A stretch of 64,000 nucleotides of DNA, taken from positions 20-64,019 of IMG/VR virus record IMGVR_UViG_3300025101_000026. One strand, written 5' to 3'. Shown piece after piece: positions 1 through 11,100 of this stretch. How positions within the stretch are numbered: the stretch's first letter is position 1; the number at the start of each line of letters is the position of its first letter. The notes under the pieces were generated by a model, which was not told the DNA's origin, searched no databases, and saw only the letters and a list, made by a program, of their open reading frames with translations. Source of the stretch: a virus. A program made the position numbers and the translations under genes.

Positions 1-573
1 GCTTTTGCCGGAGGTTACGTAGACCACGTTAATAGAGTAGTCGAATATGCACTAAAACAGCATAAATTATACTCAGAAATGGGAGGTTCAGTAGATTATT
101 CCGAAGAGGAGTTAGTATTTTCAGCATTATTTCACGATTTAGGTAAATTAGGTGATGGAGATACAGAAAATTATATACCTCAAACCGATAAATGGAGACA
201 GGATAAACTTTCAGAAATGTATACATATAATCCTAACCTTGATTTCATGTTAATTCCTGATCGTTCCTTATTTATTTTACAAAAATTCGGTATAAAAGTA
301 TCTCAAAAAGAGTTTTTAGCTATTAGATTACATGATGGAGTGTATGATAAAGCTAACGAAGCATATTTTTTTAGTAATATGGAGTCTTCAAGACAAAAAA
401 CATCTATCATTTCAGTTCTACATTCAGCAGATTTTTTAGCTTCCAAGGTTGAATATGATATTTGGAAAGCTAATGGAGGGAATACAATACCAAAAACAAA
501 AAAAACTCAATCATCAACAGGAAAAAAAGTTAATTCTTCGGAAGGATTGAGTAAAATGTTAAAAAATTTATAA
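1..573 (+). CDS. HD-domain phosphohydrolase (5'-partial)
   Basis: Frame 1 is open from base 1 (AFAGGYVDHVNRVVEY...), upstream of the track's Met at 79. Motifs DHV..., ALFHDLGKLGD, IRLHDG and LHSADFLA fit the HD family. Confidence 0.75.
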   Translation, partial: AFAGGYVDHVNRVVEYALKQHKLYSEMGGSVDYSEEELVFSALFHDLGKLGDGDTENYIPQTDKWRQDKLSEMYTYNPNLDFMLIPDRSLFILQKFGIKVSQKEFLAIRLHDGVYDKANEAYFFSNMESSRQKTSIISVLHSADFLASKVEYDIWKANGGNTIPKTKKTQSSTGKKVNSSEGLSKMLKNL

Positions 574-576
574 AAT

Positions 577-876
577 ATGTTAATTTCTATTATTATTTTA
601 TCTATAGTTATATTTATTTTATTATTGGCTATACGCAATCTTCTAGTAAAAGTAGAAAAATACGAAGACGTAACTGTAGATCAAACAGAATATTTACAGA
701 ATATATCTAATGTTATTAGAGATTCACAAAAGTACCTTAACAGCCTAGATGAAAAGGGGATATTTCAATCTGATGATGAGGTCGGTTATTTTTTTGAACA
801 ATTAAAAAACGTACAAAAAGAGCTAGACCGATACATGCTCCCTGAGAATTATGGCGAGAAAGAAATCGAAAAATAA
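577..876 (+). CDS. Small protein with N-terminal transmembrane helix and coiled coil
   Basis: Hydrophobic MLISIIILSIVIFILLLAIR followed by a charged helical region. Confidence 0.6.
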   Translation: MLISIIILSIVIFILLLAIRNLLVKVEKYEDVTVDQTEYLQNISNVIRDSQKYLNSLDEKGIFQSDDEVGYFFEQLKNVQKELDRYMLPENYGEKEIEK

Positions 877-1555
877 CTATTTTACTAAAGAGACCGAAGA
901 GTATATAGTTAGATACAACAATTCAATAGATTCGGACTACCGAGCAAAGATCTTTACTGATCATATTTACTTTCCTTTTTATAAATTAGCTGAAAATATT
1001 ATTCATACTTTTAAGTTTTATTATACCGATGTAGAACGTATAGAAGATTTAAAACATGAAGTAGTATCAATGCTATTAGAAGAAAAAATTATGAAATTTG
1101 ATCCTACTAATGGAGCAAAAGCATATTCATATTTTGGGACTATAGTAAAAAGGTGGTTAATTAATTATAATAATAAAAATTATAAAAAACTTAAACAAAT
1201 AGGTTCTTTCGATGATATGGAAGAATCTTATGAAGGTAGTATGAACGTAAAATTACCCGGAGGCATAACATTAAGCCAGTTTTTAGATATGTGGGTAGAA
1301 AAAGTTTACGACGATTTAGATAATATATTTATTAAAGATACTGAAAAACGAATAGCTGACGCAGTACTAACTATTTTTAAAACAAGACACGATTTAGATA
1401 TTTTTAAGAAAAAAGCTCTTTATATTTACATTCGTGAAATGACAGATTGTGAAACTCCACACTTAACTAAAGTTATTTCTATACTTAAAGACGATTTTTA
1501 TCAGATATACCATAGGTACCATGATAAAGGTAAAATTATAATAAAAGAACTATAA
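851..1555 (+). CDS. T4 gp55-like late-transcription sigma factor (putative)
   Basis: KNNYF..E...I..YN, KLAENIIHTFKFYY and KFDPTNGAKAYSYFGTIVKR parallel T4 gp55 features (YNYVNNKELL, LIAEGLSKRFNF, NFDETKYKNPHAYITQ). Recognised by eye. Confidence 0.55.
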   Translation: MARKKSKNNYFTKETEEYIVRYNNSIDSDYRAKIFTDHIYFPFYKLAENIIHTFKFYYTDVERIEDLKHEVVSMLLEEKIMKFDPTNGAKAYSYFGTIVKRWLINYNNKNYKKLKQIGSFDDMEESYEGSMNVKLPGGITLSQFLDMWVEKVYDDLDNIFIKDTEKRIADAVLTIFKTRHDLDIFKKKALYIYIREMTDCETPHLTKVISILKDDFYQIYHRYHDKGKIIIKEL

Positions 1556-1557
1556 TC

Positions 1558-1565
1558 TATTTATT
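1558..1565 (+). promoter_or_regulatory. Putative late promoter (TATTTATT variant)
   Basis: Intergenic, 10 nt before ATG 1576. Confidence 0.45.
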
Positions 1566-1575
1566 ATAAAAAGAT

Positions 1576-1941
1576 ATGGATTCAGATAAAGAAATATTCA
1601 AAGGTAAAACATTATCTAATCTTTTTGAAGAAATCTACAATAATTCTAAAGAGACTAAAACTCAGGTGAAAGGTCTGATTGGTGAATTAAAACCTCTTAT
1701 AGAAAATATAGGTGACGCTACTCTTTTAGTTCCTATGATTAAAGAGTATATGGAAATAGGAGTTAAGAATGATGAACACTTAATAAAACTAGCTACAGTA
1801 ATTCAAAGGATAGAAGCTATACAAGCAAAAGGAGGAGATGGAGAAATGTTCGACTTTTCAGATTTACAAGATTTGTTAGATGAACAAGAAGAAAATCAAA
1901 AAGAATTAGAGAATAAAACCGAAGATACAGAAGATAAATAA
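1576..1941 (+). CDS. Hypothetical helical protein with acidic tail
   Basis: 121-aa ORF preceded by a TATTTATT motif. Confidence 0.6.
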   Translation: MDSDKEIFKGKTLSNLFEEIYNNSKETKTQVKGLIGELKPLIENIGDATLLVPMIKEYMEIGVKNDEHLIKLATVIQRIEAIQAKGGDGEMFDFSDLQDLLDEQEENQKELENKTEDTEDK

Positions 1942-3119
1942 TGGGATTTAAAAATTCAATTTTTAATTTTGGTTCTAGTAATAAATTATCCGGAGGCGGT
2001 GGAGTATCTAGTTACTCATCGTTCGGAAGAGTACTAGATATAATATTAGACGAATCACATCCTGAATATGCAAATAAAGGAGGAGCAGCTTCTATTAATG
2101 GAGTTTTTTACAAACCTTTAGGAGCAGGTGGAAGTGAGTTGATCACAAGAGATATGAGTTTTGCTTATCAAAGTAGTTCCCATATTAAGACAGTACCCAT
2201 AGTAGGAGAGCTAATTGAAGTCACAACATTACCTAACCCAGCATTTTCAGAAAGCGAACGTAGAACTCAAAACTACTATATTAGGATACTAAACCTATAT
2301 AATAGCCCTAACTCAGCAGTTTACCCTGATATGACTCTTAATCCTAATATTGATATTACTTTAAGAGGAAAGTTCAAAGAATTAGGTACTGTAAACCCTA
2401 TATCTTCTTCTCCTGGTGATGTACAATTTGAAGGTAGACAAGGTCAATCTATACGATTTACTGGAGGAAAAGGAAACGGTAACCCTTGGGTAGATGATAC
2501 TAATTTAGGTAGTCCTATGATTATTATAAGTAATGGTCAACAAGAGACTGATAACGGTTTTAAAACTTTAGGAGAAAACATGGATCAAGATGATAGCTCT
2601 ATTTATTTAGTTTCTAATCATTCTATACCTATAACTCCTGCTAATGATAAAAGATTATCTTACGAAGATAAACCTGTAGAAGGTAATGAGTTTAAGGGAA
2701 GTCAAGTATTGATTAACGGAGGAAGGTTATTTTTCAATGCTAAATCAAGTGATATACAACTGTCAAGTGTGACGTCAATAGGAATGAATACCGGAGGTAC
2801 AGTTAATATAGATGCAACTGAATATATGTGCTTAGACGGAACTAAGATATACTTAGGAGCTTCTGCACTATCAGCTCCTGAAGTATCAAAAGAACCAGTA
2901 ATTAAAGGTAACCAACTTGAAGGGTTTCTTTTTAATTTATTAAATGTTTTAGAAGGAATGGCTAATGATATGGCAAGAGCTAAAACAGTCAAGAACCATC
3001 CTATACCTGCTATTAATAAAAGAGGGTTGCAAGCGAAACCTGTTATACTAGCTTTAAAAAGTAGAATTAATCCTAACGGTCCTTCAACTTTAAAATCTAA
3101 AAAAGTATTTACTGAATAA
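1941..3119 (+). CDS. Baseplate hub/spike protein (gp5/gpV-like, putative)
   Basis: OB-fold-like N-terminus (GRVLDIILD...PIVGELIEV), then beta-repeat segments (GDVQFEGRQGQSIRF, QVLINGGRLFFNA, TKIYLG...EPVIKG). Lies upstream of gp25 and gp6. Confidence 0.5.
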   Translation: MGFKNSIFNFGSSNKLSGGGGVSSYSSFGRVLDIILDESHPEYANKGGAASINGVFYKPLGAGGSELITRDMSFAYQSSSHIKTVPIVGELIEVTTLPNPAFSESERRTQNYYIRILNLYNSPNSAVYPDMTLNPNIDITLRGKFKELGTVNPISSSPGDVQFEGRQGQSIRFTGGKGNGNPWVDDTNLGSPMIIISNGQQETDNGFKTLGENMDQDDSSIYLVSNHSIPITPANDKRLSYEDKPVEGNEFKGSQVLINGGRLFFNAKSSDIQLSSVTSIGMNTGGTVNIDATEYMCLDGTKIYLGASALSAPEVSKEPVIKGNQLEGFLFNLLNVLEGMANDMARAKTVKNHPIPAINKRGLQAKPVILALKSRINPNGPSTLKSKKVFTE

Positions 3120-3955
3120 TGGCATTACGTTCTCAAATATCATCTATCGTAGCTAATCAACTAGGAGGTATTCAAGGTAATATAGAAGCTAGAATACAGA
3201 CTGAAACAGTAAAATTATTAGATAAATTCTCTAATAGATGCCCGGATAGGGATGAGCTTATAAAAATAATTAAAACACGTAACAGTCTTTTAAGAGTAAT
3301 AAACTCATTTCAAAAAAAAGTAAATAGATTTAATTCTATTCCTAATAAATTAAGACGGCCTATAAGTATAGCTAAAAGAATAATAAAATTATTAAAACGT
3401 AATAGAACTAAATTAGCTATAGGAAATAGACCTTCCTTCTCAGATTTTGATAGAGGGGGTCTTTTCTCTGCTAAAACAGCAGGCTTTACAAATAGACAAG
3501 CTGATAGATTAGTAAAAACTACTCTATTATTAGAAGATTTAGAAGATGACCTAGCAGCAGTAAAAGGATTACTACAAGGAGTAGCACCTTCGTTTGATAA
3601 TATTAAAGAACTTTTAGAAAGTATTAATGTTAACGTAGAAGAATGTGCTGAAGAATTACAACAATCACAAGACCAGGCTAACTTGATGGATTTAATAAAA
3701 GAAGTACAGCCTTTAGAAAATACAGGCTCTGAAGGAACTCCTGATGAAAACTTTACTTATAGAGGAGCAAATGGAAAAGATTATGCTCTTTCTATAATCG
3801 AATCACCTTCTGATGACACTACGGTACTTAGAAGAGTTGCTATCGCAAAAGATATATTTGGTATTACTGTACTTAGAGGGCAACCTTCATATAGTTCTGA
3901 TACTAAAATACTTTTAGATGAATTAAAATTTAGAATAGATAATCAACTTCCATAA
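3119..3955 (+). CDS. Hypothetical baseplate-region protein
   Basis: 278-aa ORF abutting the spike-like gene, with a coiled-coil centre. Confidence 0.5.
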   Translation: MALRSQISSIVANQLGGIQGNIEARIQTETVKLLDKFSNRCPDRDELIKIIKTRNSLLRVINSFQKKVNRFNSIPNKLRRPISIAKRIIKLLKRNRTKLAIGNRPSFSDFDRGGLFSAKTAGFTNRQADRLVKTTLLLEDLEDDLAAVKGLLQGVAPSFDNIKELLESINVNVEECAEELQQSQDQANLMDLIKEVQPLENTGSEGTPDENFTYRGANGKDYALSIIESPSDDTTVLRRVAIAKDIFGITVLRGQPSYSSDTKILLDELKFRIDNQLP

Positions 3956-3961
3956 CACAAC

Positions 3962-3969
3962 TATTTATA
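3962..3969 (+). promoter_or_regulatory. Putative late promoter TATTTATA
   Basis: Intergenic, 3 nt before ATG 3973. Confidence 0.55.
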
Positions 3970-3972
3970 ATT

Positions 3973-4419
3973 ATGAAAATAAATCAATTAAGGAAAATAA
4001 TAAAAGAAGAAGTAAAATCTGCTATTAAAGAAGAGTTACAAGATTTATTAACTGAAGCAGTTAAAATAGCAAGTAAACCTGAAACAAATAATAACAGATA
4101 CAAACCAGTTACACAAAAAGATATAAAACAAACCTGGTCTACAGGCAAAATGAGCTCAGGCACAACACCTATACAAGAAATGCTTAGTCAGACTAGAGCT
4201 TCAATGACAGGTGAAGAATATAGAAATGTGTTTGCAGGGAATGCAGATATGGTACAAAAGCCTAACTTTGCTTCATCAATGGCAAGTAATATGGGTATGA
4301 CAGATGCTAGAGGACCTATGCCAGGTATGGATATAAGTAAATTAGATTTTGTAAAAAAAGCAGGAGCTGTGTATAACAAATCAGTAGAAAAAGATAAACA
4401 AAAATACGGAGTAGCATAA
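3973..4419 (+). CDS. Hypothetical protein with MKI..L..IIKEE leader (putative internal virion protein)
   Basis: MKINQLRKIIKEEVKSAIKEELQDLLTE; TATTTATA immediately upstream. Confidence 0.55.
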   Translation: MKINQLRKIIKEEVKSAIKEELQDLLTEAVKIASKPETNNNRYKPVTQKDIKQTWSTGKMSSGTTPIQEMLSQTRASMTGEEYRNVFAGNADMVQKPNFASSMASNMGMTDARGPMPGMDISKLDFVKKAGAVYNKSVEKDKQKYGVA

Positions 4420-4420
4420 A

Positions 4421-4831
4421 ATGGCATTTAATAGTAGAAAAATAAATCCTTTAGATTTACAACCTAGAAAAGCTATAGGTGTTTCTCTACCGCTTTCTGG
4501 CAAAGCAGTTTTTAACCAAACGTTTCAAACTAAAGATGCTATAAGAACTAACCTGATTAATTATTTTTTAACTGGACAGGGAGAAAGATACTTAAACCCG
4601 ACTTTTGGTACTGAAATAAGGAACTTAATGTTTGAAAATATAACACAAGAAATGGTTAGTAGAGTAAAAAGCACAGTACAAAGAGGATTAGCAGAGTTCT
4701 TTCCATCAGTACAACCTACTGATTTTGAAGTTACAGGTAATCCTGATACTAATACGGTTTCGTTATTATTAAGATATGCAATCCAAGATACCAATATTGA
4801 AGATGAGGTATTAATAAATTTTGAGCAATAA
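4421..4831 (+). CDS. gp25: Baseplate wedge subunit, gp25-like
   Basis: DAIRTNLINYFLTGQGERYLNPTFGTEIRNLMFE is the typical GPW/gp25 signature; adjacent to gp6. Confidence 0.85.
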   Translation: MAFNSRKINPLDLQPRKAIGVSLPLSGKAVFNQTFQTKDAIRTNLINYFLTGQGERYLNPTFGTEIRNLMFENITQEMVSRVKSTVQRGLAEFFPSVQPTDFEVTGNPDTNTVSLLLRYAIQDTNIEDEVLINFEQ

Positions 4832-6657
4832 TGGCTGAAAAAAGAGACATAAAATACGTAGCTAGAGAATTTTCTGATTATAAACAGGAACTAATAGAAT
4901 TTGCTAAGAACTACTTTCCTGATAGTTATAACGACTTTTCACCTACTTCTCCCGGTATGATGTTTATAGAAATGGCTGCATACGTAGGAGATATACTATC
5001 TTTTTATCAAGATACACAGCTACAAGAGACTTTCTTACAGTATGCCAAGGATCCTAGCAACCTATATACTATGGCGTATATGATGGGGTACCGTCCTAAA
5101 GTTACTAACGTTTCCGAAGTTGAACTATCAGTAACTCAGAACGTAGGAGCCGATCCAACAACTAATCAACCTAATTGGAATCAAGCTTTGGTAGTAAATG
5201 AAAACGCTATAGTAACATCAACTTCTACAGGTAATGCAAATTTTTTCATAGAAAATAAAATAGACTTTTCTTTTTCTAGCTCTTTTGATCCTACCGACGT
5301 GGTAATAACTACTCTAGAGGGAGGAGTACCTAGTGAATTTTTACTTACTAAAAAAATTAAAGCTTTCTCAGGAGATATCAAGACAGTTACTGAAACCTAT
5401 ACAACTGCAGAAAAATTTGCTACAATTACTATCGAAGATACTAATATTATAGGAGTATTAGAAATTACAGATGATAGTAGCGATGAAGTTACTAAATGGA
5501 ATGAAGTACCTTTTTTAGGACAAGATACTGTTTTTGTTCAAGAATCAAACGTAGGTAGTGATTCAGATAAAGTACCTAATTCTATTAAATTGCAAAAAGT
5601 ATCTAAAAGATTTGTAACTAGATTTAATTCTAGCGGAAATCTAATAATTCAGTTTGGAGCTGGTACAGTAGGGGCTGATGATAGTACTTTTACACCTGAT
5701 CCTACTAATGTAGGTATGGGGACCTTACAAGGACTAAGCACTATCGATAAAGCTTATGATCCATCCAATTTTATGTATACTCAAACATATGGTTTAGCTC
5801 CTTCTAATTCTACATTGACTATAAAATACTTAGTAGGAGGAGGGGTAGAAGCTAATGTTCCTGCAAATACTCTAACAGGCTTTACAGCTACATCTACAGC
5901 AGTAGACACAACTTATCAAAATACCCTAGCTTTCAATAACCCGCAACCGGCATCAGGCGGAAAAGACGGAGATACTATAGAAGAAATAAGACAAAATTCA
6001 CTCCGTTCATTTTCAGAACAGAAAAGAACAGTTACCTTACAAGATTACACAGTTAGAGCACTTTCGTTAGATCCTAAATTTGGTACAGTAGCTAAAGTAT
6101 TTGTTACTCAAGACGAATTGAACAGTACTCAGTCTACTACTGATTCTATAATTGATAGTAACCCTCTTGCTTTATCTCTTTATGTACTGGGTTACGATGC
6201 TAATAAAAAGTTAGTAACTGCTACCGATACTTTAAAAAATAATTTAAGAACTTATATGTCGTTCTATACACCTATTACTGACGCTCTCAATATAAAAGAT
6301 GCATTCGTAGTAAATGTAGGTATTAATTTCGATATATTAGTTAGACCTAATTACAATAGTAGAGACGTACTTTTAGCTTGTAATAATACTTTACAAGAAT
6401 ACTTTGATATTTCCAGGTGGAATATAAATCAACCTATCAATATTTCTAGTATATATAGTTTATTAGATAGAGTTGTTGGAGTGCAGACGGTAAGTAAAAT
6501 AGAAATAATTAATAAACAAGGAGGAAATTATTCTCAATATGCTTATGATATTAAAGGAGCTACTCGTAATAATATAGTATATCCTTCATTTGATACGATG
6601 ATTTTTGAACTTAAATTTCCTAATTTTGATATAAAAGGAAGAACTACAACATTATAA
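4831..6657 (+). CDS. gp6: Baseplate wedge subunit, gp6/baseplate-J-like
   Basis: DFSPTSPGMMFIEMAAYVGDILSFYQD, GYRPK, IQFGAG, ASGGKDGDTIEEIRQNS...RTVTLQDY. Confidence 0.85.
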   Translation: MAEKRDIKYVAREFSDYKQELIEFAKNYFPDSYNDFSPTSPGMMFIEMAAYVGDILSFYQDTQLQETFLQYAKDPSNLYTMAYMMGYRPKVTNVSEVELSVTQNVGADPTTNQPNWNQALVVNENAIVTSTSTGNANFFIENKIDFSFSSSFDPTDVVITTLEGGVPSEFLLTKKIKAFSGDIKTVTETYTTAEKFATITIEDTNIIGVLEITDDSSDEVTKWNEVPFLGQDTVFVQESNVGSDSDKVPNSIKLQKVSKRFVTRFNSSGNLIIQFGAGTVGADDSTFTPDPTNVGMGTLQGLSTIDKAYDPSNFMYTQTYGLAPSNSTLTIKYLVGGGVEANVPANTLTGFTATSTAVDTTYQNTLAFNNPQPASGGKDGDTIEEIRQNSLRSFSEQKRTVTLQDYTVRALSLDPKFGTVAKVFVTQDELNSTQSTTDSIIDSNPLALSLYVLGYDANKKLVTATDTLKNNLRTYMSFYTPITDALNIKDAFVVNVGINFDILVRPNYNSRDVLLACNNTLQEYFDISRWNINQPINISSIYSLLDRVVGVQTVSKIEIINKQGGNYSQYAYDIKGATRNNIVYPSFDTMIFELKFPNFDIKGRTTTL

Positions 6658-6658
6658 T

Positions 6659-7792
6659 ATGGCAATTTATAGAATATTTCCCGATAAAGATTCTTTTATT
6701 TTTTCTGAAACCAATACAGGTAACGCAGGAAGAGATGAAATAGTAGAAATAGCAGGCTACAAAGGAACTATAGACGGTACCGGTCAAGCAAGTCGTATAG
6801 TAACTAAATTTTTAGATAGTGAGATAGACGATGTTATTAATAATAAAGTAACTTTAGCTTTGACTAGCTCTATGAGTGCTAGCTTAAAGATGTACCTAGC
6901 AGAAGCTTCTGACCTACCTGTAGAATACTGTTTAAAAGCGTACCCAATATTCATACCAGGAACAGGAGAATGGGATAATGGAACTGGTAAATTCGCAGAT
7001 AGTCCTGTTAATAAATCAGGAGTAAGCTGGTTATTTAAAAATTCAGCACAACTAAATGCTTGGTCTACAGCTGGATTCACATCTTTTACTACTGCTTCAT
7101 TTATTTCAGGGAAAGAAGGCGGAGGTAACTGGTATACTGCTTCAAATGGAGTAGATATGCAATTTTTCCAATCTCATAGCATATCCTCAGACCATGATAT
7201 GGATATCAACGTAACTCCTGCTATTAAACAGATTTACGATGATTTACTTCCTAATAAAGGGTTTATAATTAAATTAGAGGATCAATACGAATTTTTTACC
7301 TCTGCTTCTATAAGATTAAAGTATTTTAGTAAAGATACTAATACTATATATCCTCCGTTTTTGGAAATAGGATGGGACGATAGAGTTTATACTACAGGTA
7401 GTTTGTCTGTTTTAGATACTGATATTGCTACTATAGATATAAAAAATAATAAAGGAGAATATACTGATGAAGGTAAGCAAAGATTTAGAATTACAGCTAG
7501 ACCTGAATACCCAACTAGAACATTCACAACATCTTCAGTATTTTTGACAAACTTTGCTCTTCCATCTGCTTCGTATTGGGGATTAAGAGATGAAAATACA
7601 GAAGAAATGGTAGTAAACTTTAGCACAGACTTTACTAAAATAAGTTGTGATAGTAATGGACCATTTTTTGATGTTTATATGGATGGGTTGCAACCTGAAA
7701 GATATTATCGTATATTAATCAAGACTACTTTAGATAATAGTACCGTTATAGTAGATAATAGAAACATATTTAAAGTTGTAAGAAATGGCTAG
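6659..7792 (+). CDS. Putative structural (baseplate) protein
   Basis: 377-aa ORF inside the baseplate operon, with a beta-rich C-terminus (GLQPERYYRILIK). Confidence 0.5.
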   Translation: MAIYRIFPDKDSFIFSETNTGNAGRDEIVEIAGYKGTIDGTGQASRIVTKFLDSEIDDVINNKVTLALTSSMSASLKMYLAEASDLPVEYCLKAYPIFIPGTGEWDNGTGKFADSPVNKSGVSWLFKNSAQLNAWSTAGFTSFTTASFISGKEGGGNWYTASNGVDMQFFQSHSISSDHDMDINVTPAIKQIYDDLLPNKGFIIKLEDQYEFFTSASIRLKYFSKDTNTIYPPFLEIGWDDRVYTTGSLSVLDTDIATIDIKNNKGEYTDEGKQRFRITARPEYPTRTFTTSSVFLTNFALPSASYWGLRDENTEEMVVNFSTDFTKISCDSNGPFFDVYMDGLQPERYYRILIKTTLDNSTVIVDNRNIFKVVRNG

Positions 7793-8123
7793 AGAAAAAA
7801 TTAGAATAATTACAAAATCTAATAATCGGGAAAAGCTCCGTAACGTAATAGATACTGAATTCAAAACTTATGTAGATCCCGTAGATGTTATAGATAATGA
7901 TACAGTTGAAGAGCTTTTTAGACTTTATGATAAACTCTATTACAATATACCATTAGAAGGAGAGAATAATTCTCACGAGTATATTTTAGCTAGAAGTTCT
8001 CAACTTGTAGATTTAGAAAAAGATACTGATGAAATACAGCCTCTATTAGACGAAATAGGTCAACTTAGACAGCAATTATTAGCTGCTAATGAACAGATAT
8101 TTGAATTAGAAAAAGATGCCTAA
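7785..8123 (+). CDS. Hypothetical protein with C-terminal coiled coil
   Basis: Overlaps both neighbours by 8 nt; PLLDEIGQLRQQLLAANEQIFELEK. Confidence 0.55.
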   Translation: MAREKIRIITKSNNREKLRNVIDTEFKTYVDPVDVIDNDTVEELFRLYDKLYYNIPLEGENNSHEYILARSSQLVDLEKDTDEIQPLLDEIGQLRQQLLAANEQIFELEKDA

Positions 8124-11100
8124 AATTGAATATAACGTCTTTAAAGTTGATCCTGTAGGATTAGCAAGATTTAAAGAACTACCGAACGAAAGTTTAGAAA
8201 ATATAATTGAACCTGTAGAAGTAGCAGGGTCCTTTATTTCAAACGAAGATTTTGTAGAACTATCCTATTTTACTTTAGATAACGTTAGAGTTCAAACTGT
8301 AGCTGACTACCGTAACTACTCCGTTGTTTCAGGAGAAAGAACTTCGGGTGCTGCAGGAAATGCAGAAATATCAGTCGATCCTTTAGAAGACTACAAAATT
8401 TTTTACGGAACTACAGGAGAAGTAAAAGCTCTGTACAATTTTTTAAGAGATCCTTTCCTTACTAATAGAGTAAGACAACAATTTTTTTTCGAAAGCATTT
8501 CTTCTGACAGAAAAGAGGCTAGATTATTACCTGTTGCATTAGATTCACTGACGGTACAGCAAGTAGGTCAAAGATTAAATACAAGATTTTTTGAAGAAGT
8601 TTATAGTGTTAACTTACATTTATACCCTAGTGAAAATAATTTTCATAGTATAGTTAATGTAGATATTAAACCTTTTAGAGGAACAACTTCACTTATTTTA
8701 AAATTTGCAGAACCTTTACCTCAATCCTACGAAGTAAATAATTTAACTTTTATAGTTGAAAAAATAGCAGATTCTATAGCTTACGAAATAGAAACTGAAG
8801 TTATTCCAGATGAAGAGGTAGTACCAACATTAAGAGGAGCTAATTTTAACGTAGATGTCGAAGAGCAGAATACTGAACCTTCGCAATATTATAACTATAA
8901 TGAATTATTTAGCTTTCCTGTTAATAATACTAATAGAGAATTAAATTCACTTTTTAACGAAAAAGGAGCTGAACTTAGTATAGACTATTCTAGTTTTAGT
9001 AATTTTATTAATTTTTCATCAGCTGAAGAAAGACTAAGAAATTTTAGATATAAATTAGATCTTATAAATTCATATCAAAGTAGTTTAGATAATATAAACG
9101 ATTCTACATACACTTCCGCTGGAATATCAGGAAGTAGGAATTTTTATGAAAATTTACTCAATGGAGTAATAAATAATTTTGATCATTTTGAAAGACATTT
9201 ATATTTCGAAAGTGGTTCAACATCATGGCCTAAATTATTTTCTACTCCTAACGGAGCTGATAAACCCTATACCAATATGGCTTCTGATGAAGAAGCAGCT
9301 ATTTCTTTTTACAATACGGAAATACAGTCCGCAGTACTCTATGATTCTCAAAATCCAGATATACTTACCAATACCATACCAGCATTTTTAAAAGAAGATT
9401 CTAATAACGAACCGTATGAACTATTCATACATATGATAGCTCAACATTTCGATAATTTATGGCTGTATACTGACGCTGTTTCTAAAAAATATGATGCAGA
9501 TAATAGATTAGATAGAGGTGTGTCTAAAGATTTAGTAGAAGATCTACTTAAAAATTTCGGAGTAAAACTATATACTAGTACTAAATCAGCAGAAGATCTA
9601 TTTAGATATTTTACAGCAAACTCTTACGTAACTGATGGAGAATTTTTGCCTTCCGGTATTACTAATTCTGGAGAAGAACCATTATCGCAGAATGATTACC
9701 AAAAAGAAATTTATAAAAGGATATACCATAATTTACCTATATTATTAAAAAGTAAAGGTACTGAAAGAGGTTTAAGAGCACTTATAAATTGCTTCGGTAT
9801 ACCCTCAGACGTTCTTAAGATAAAAATTTTCGGAGGTCAATCAGTTAATGATTTACCTTATTTTGGAGGGGAACAAGCCTTTACTGGTTCGTTTGATAAA
9901 GTAAGATTAGATAATACTGGAAGTATAGTTCCGGGTGATACTATATCTTTTTATACTTCTATAAATAAAAAAGACAATAAATACACTCAAGATTTACATA
10001 GAGTTGAAGTAGGATTTTCTCCTTCTGATAATATGGATAACTATATAGTATCTCAATCAGCAGTACTTTTTCCAAACGATCCTTTTAATATAGACCAGTA
10101 TATAGGTGATCCAAGAAGTTACCCTACTAATAAGTATACTGAACTTTATTACCACGCTCAAACAGTTCTTGCTGATGTTAGTGAGTATAACGTTAAAGAC
10201 TTTGTTAGATTAATTAAATTTTTCGATAATGTTTTATTTAGAATGGTTCGTGATTTTATTCCTGCAAGAGCAGTTACGGATGCAGGTATAATAATTAAAC
10301 CACATTTATTAGAAAGAAATAAAGCTAAAGAGCCCGTAATGACATGGACTAGACCTGAATATACTGGTTCTATTAAAGTAATAACTATGTCCGGTTCTAA
10401 CGCAGGTGCATACCAGAACATAGGTTTTGGTTCAGTAGCTACTTCTACCGATAGTACAGTATTTGATAAAGAATCTAAAACTGCTTATAGTAGACAAGTT
10501 ATGACACCGTTAGGATTAAGGCCTAAGATAATAAATTCATTGTCTCAAGTTCTAGTAGAAAAGAATTTTAATGAAGCTAAATTTGACGGGGAACTAAAAA
10601 ACAGTTACTTTAGAATTACTAACGGTGAATTGAACGATGAAAATCCCTTCAAGCAGATTACATACCCTGAAGTACAATACAATACTCAATTCTGGACCGA
10701 AATACCCCCAGAACTTTGTATATTATCTACTGAAAATACTGAATACATAGTTACTAATCCTGCACAAGACTTAAATCTAGCCGCTGGAGTTTTTATAGGA
10801 GATACTCCTTTGTACAATTTTTTCGTAGACGGAGATACTCCAAATGTTAATTCTTTTACCCACAACTTTAGTGATGGTTCACAGTACGACGTTTTTAACA
10901 TAGTTGCTGAACATATTAATCATCCTAATATTTTTAACTCTGCTTCTCAAGAAGAAGGCTGTCGAGAGTCAAGAGATGTGAGGATTGTAAGTTGCTTCTT
11001 AGGATCAGTACCAACAGGAAACATACCTCCAATAGTTACTAGTAATTTACCATATAATTTATATGAAATATTTTTTAATCCTGATGATCCTAATGATCCT

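Noticed and set aside
29-226. Minus-strand 65-aa ORF and the other minus-strand ORFs in the track (e.g. 2702, 4188, 10158, 33751, 52091, 62016, 62895, 63796)
   Set aside because: They are antisense shadows of long, motif-bearing + strand genes, with no recognisable motifs or independent signals.
9179-9391. Short + strand ORFs nested out of frame in larger genes (9179, 30199, 31919)
   Set aside because: Fully inside well-supported CDSs, with no supporting features.
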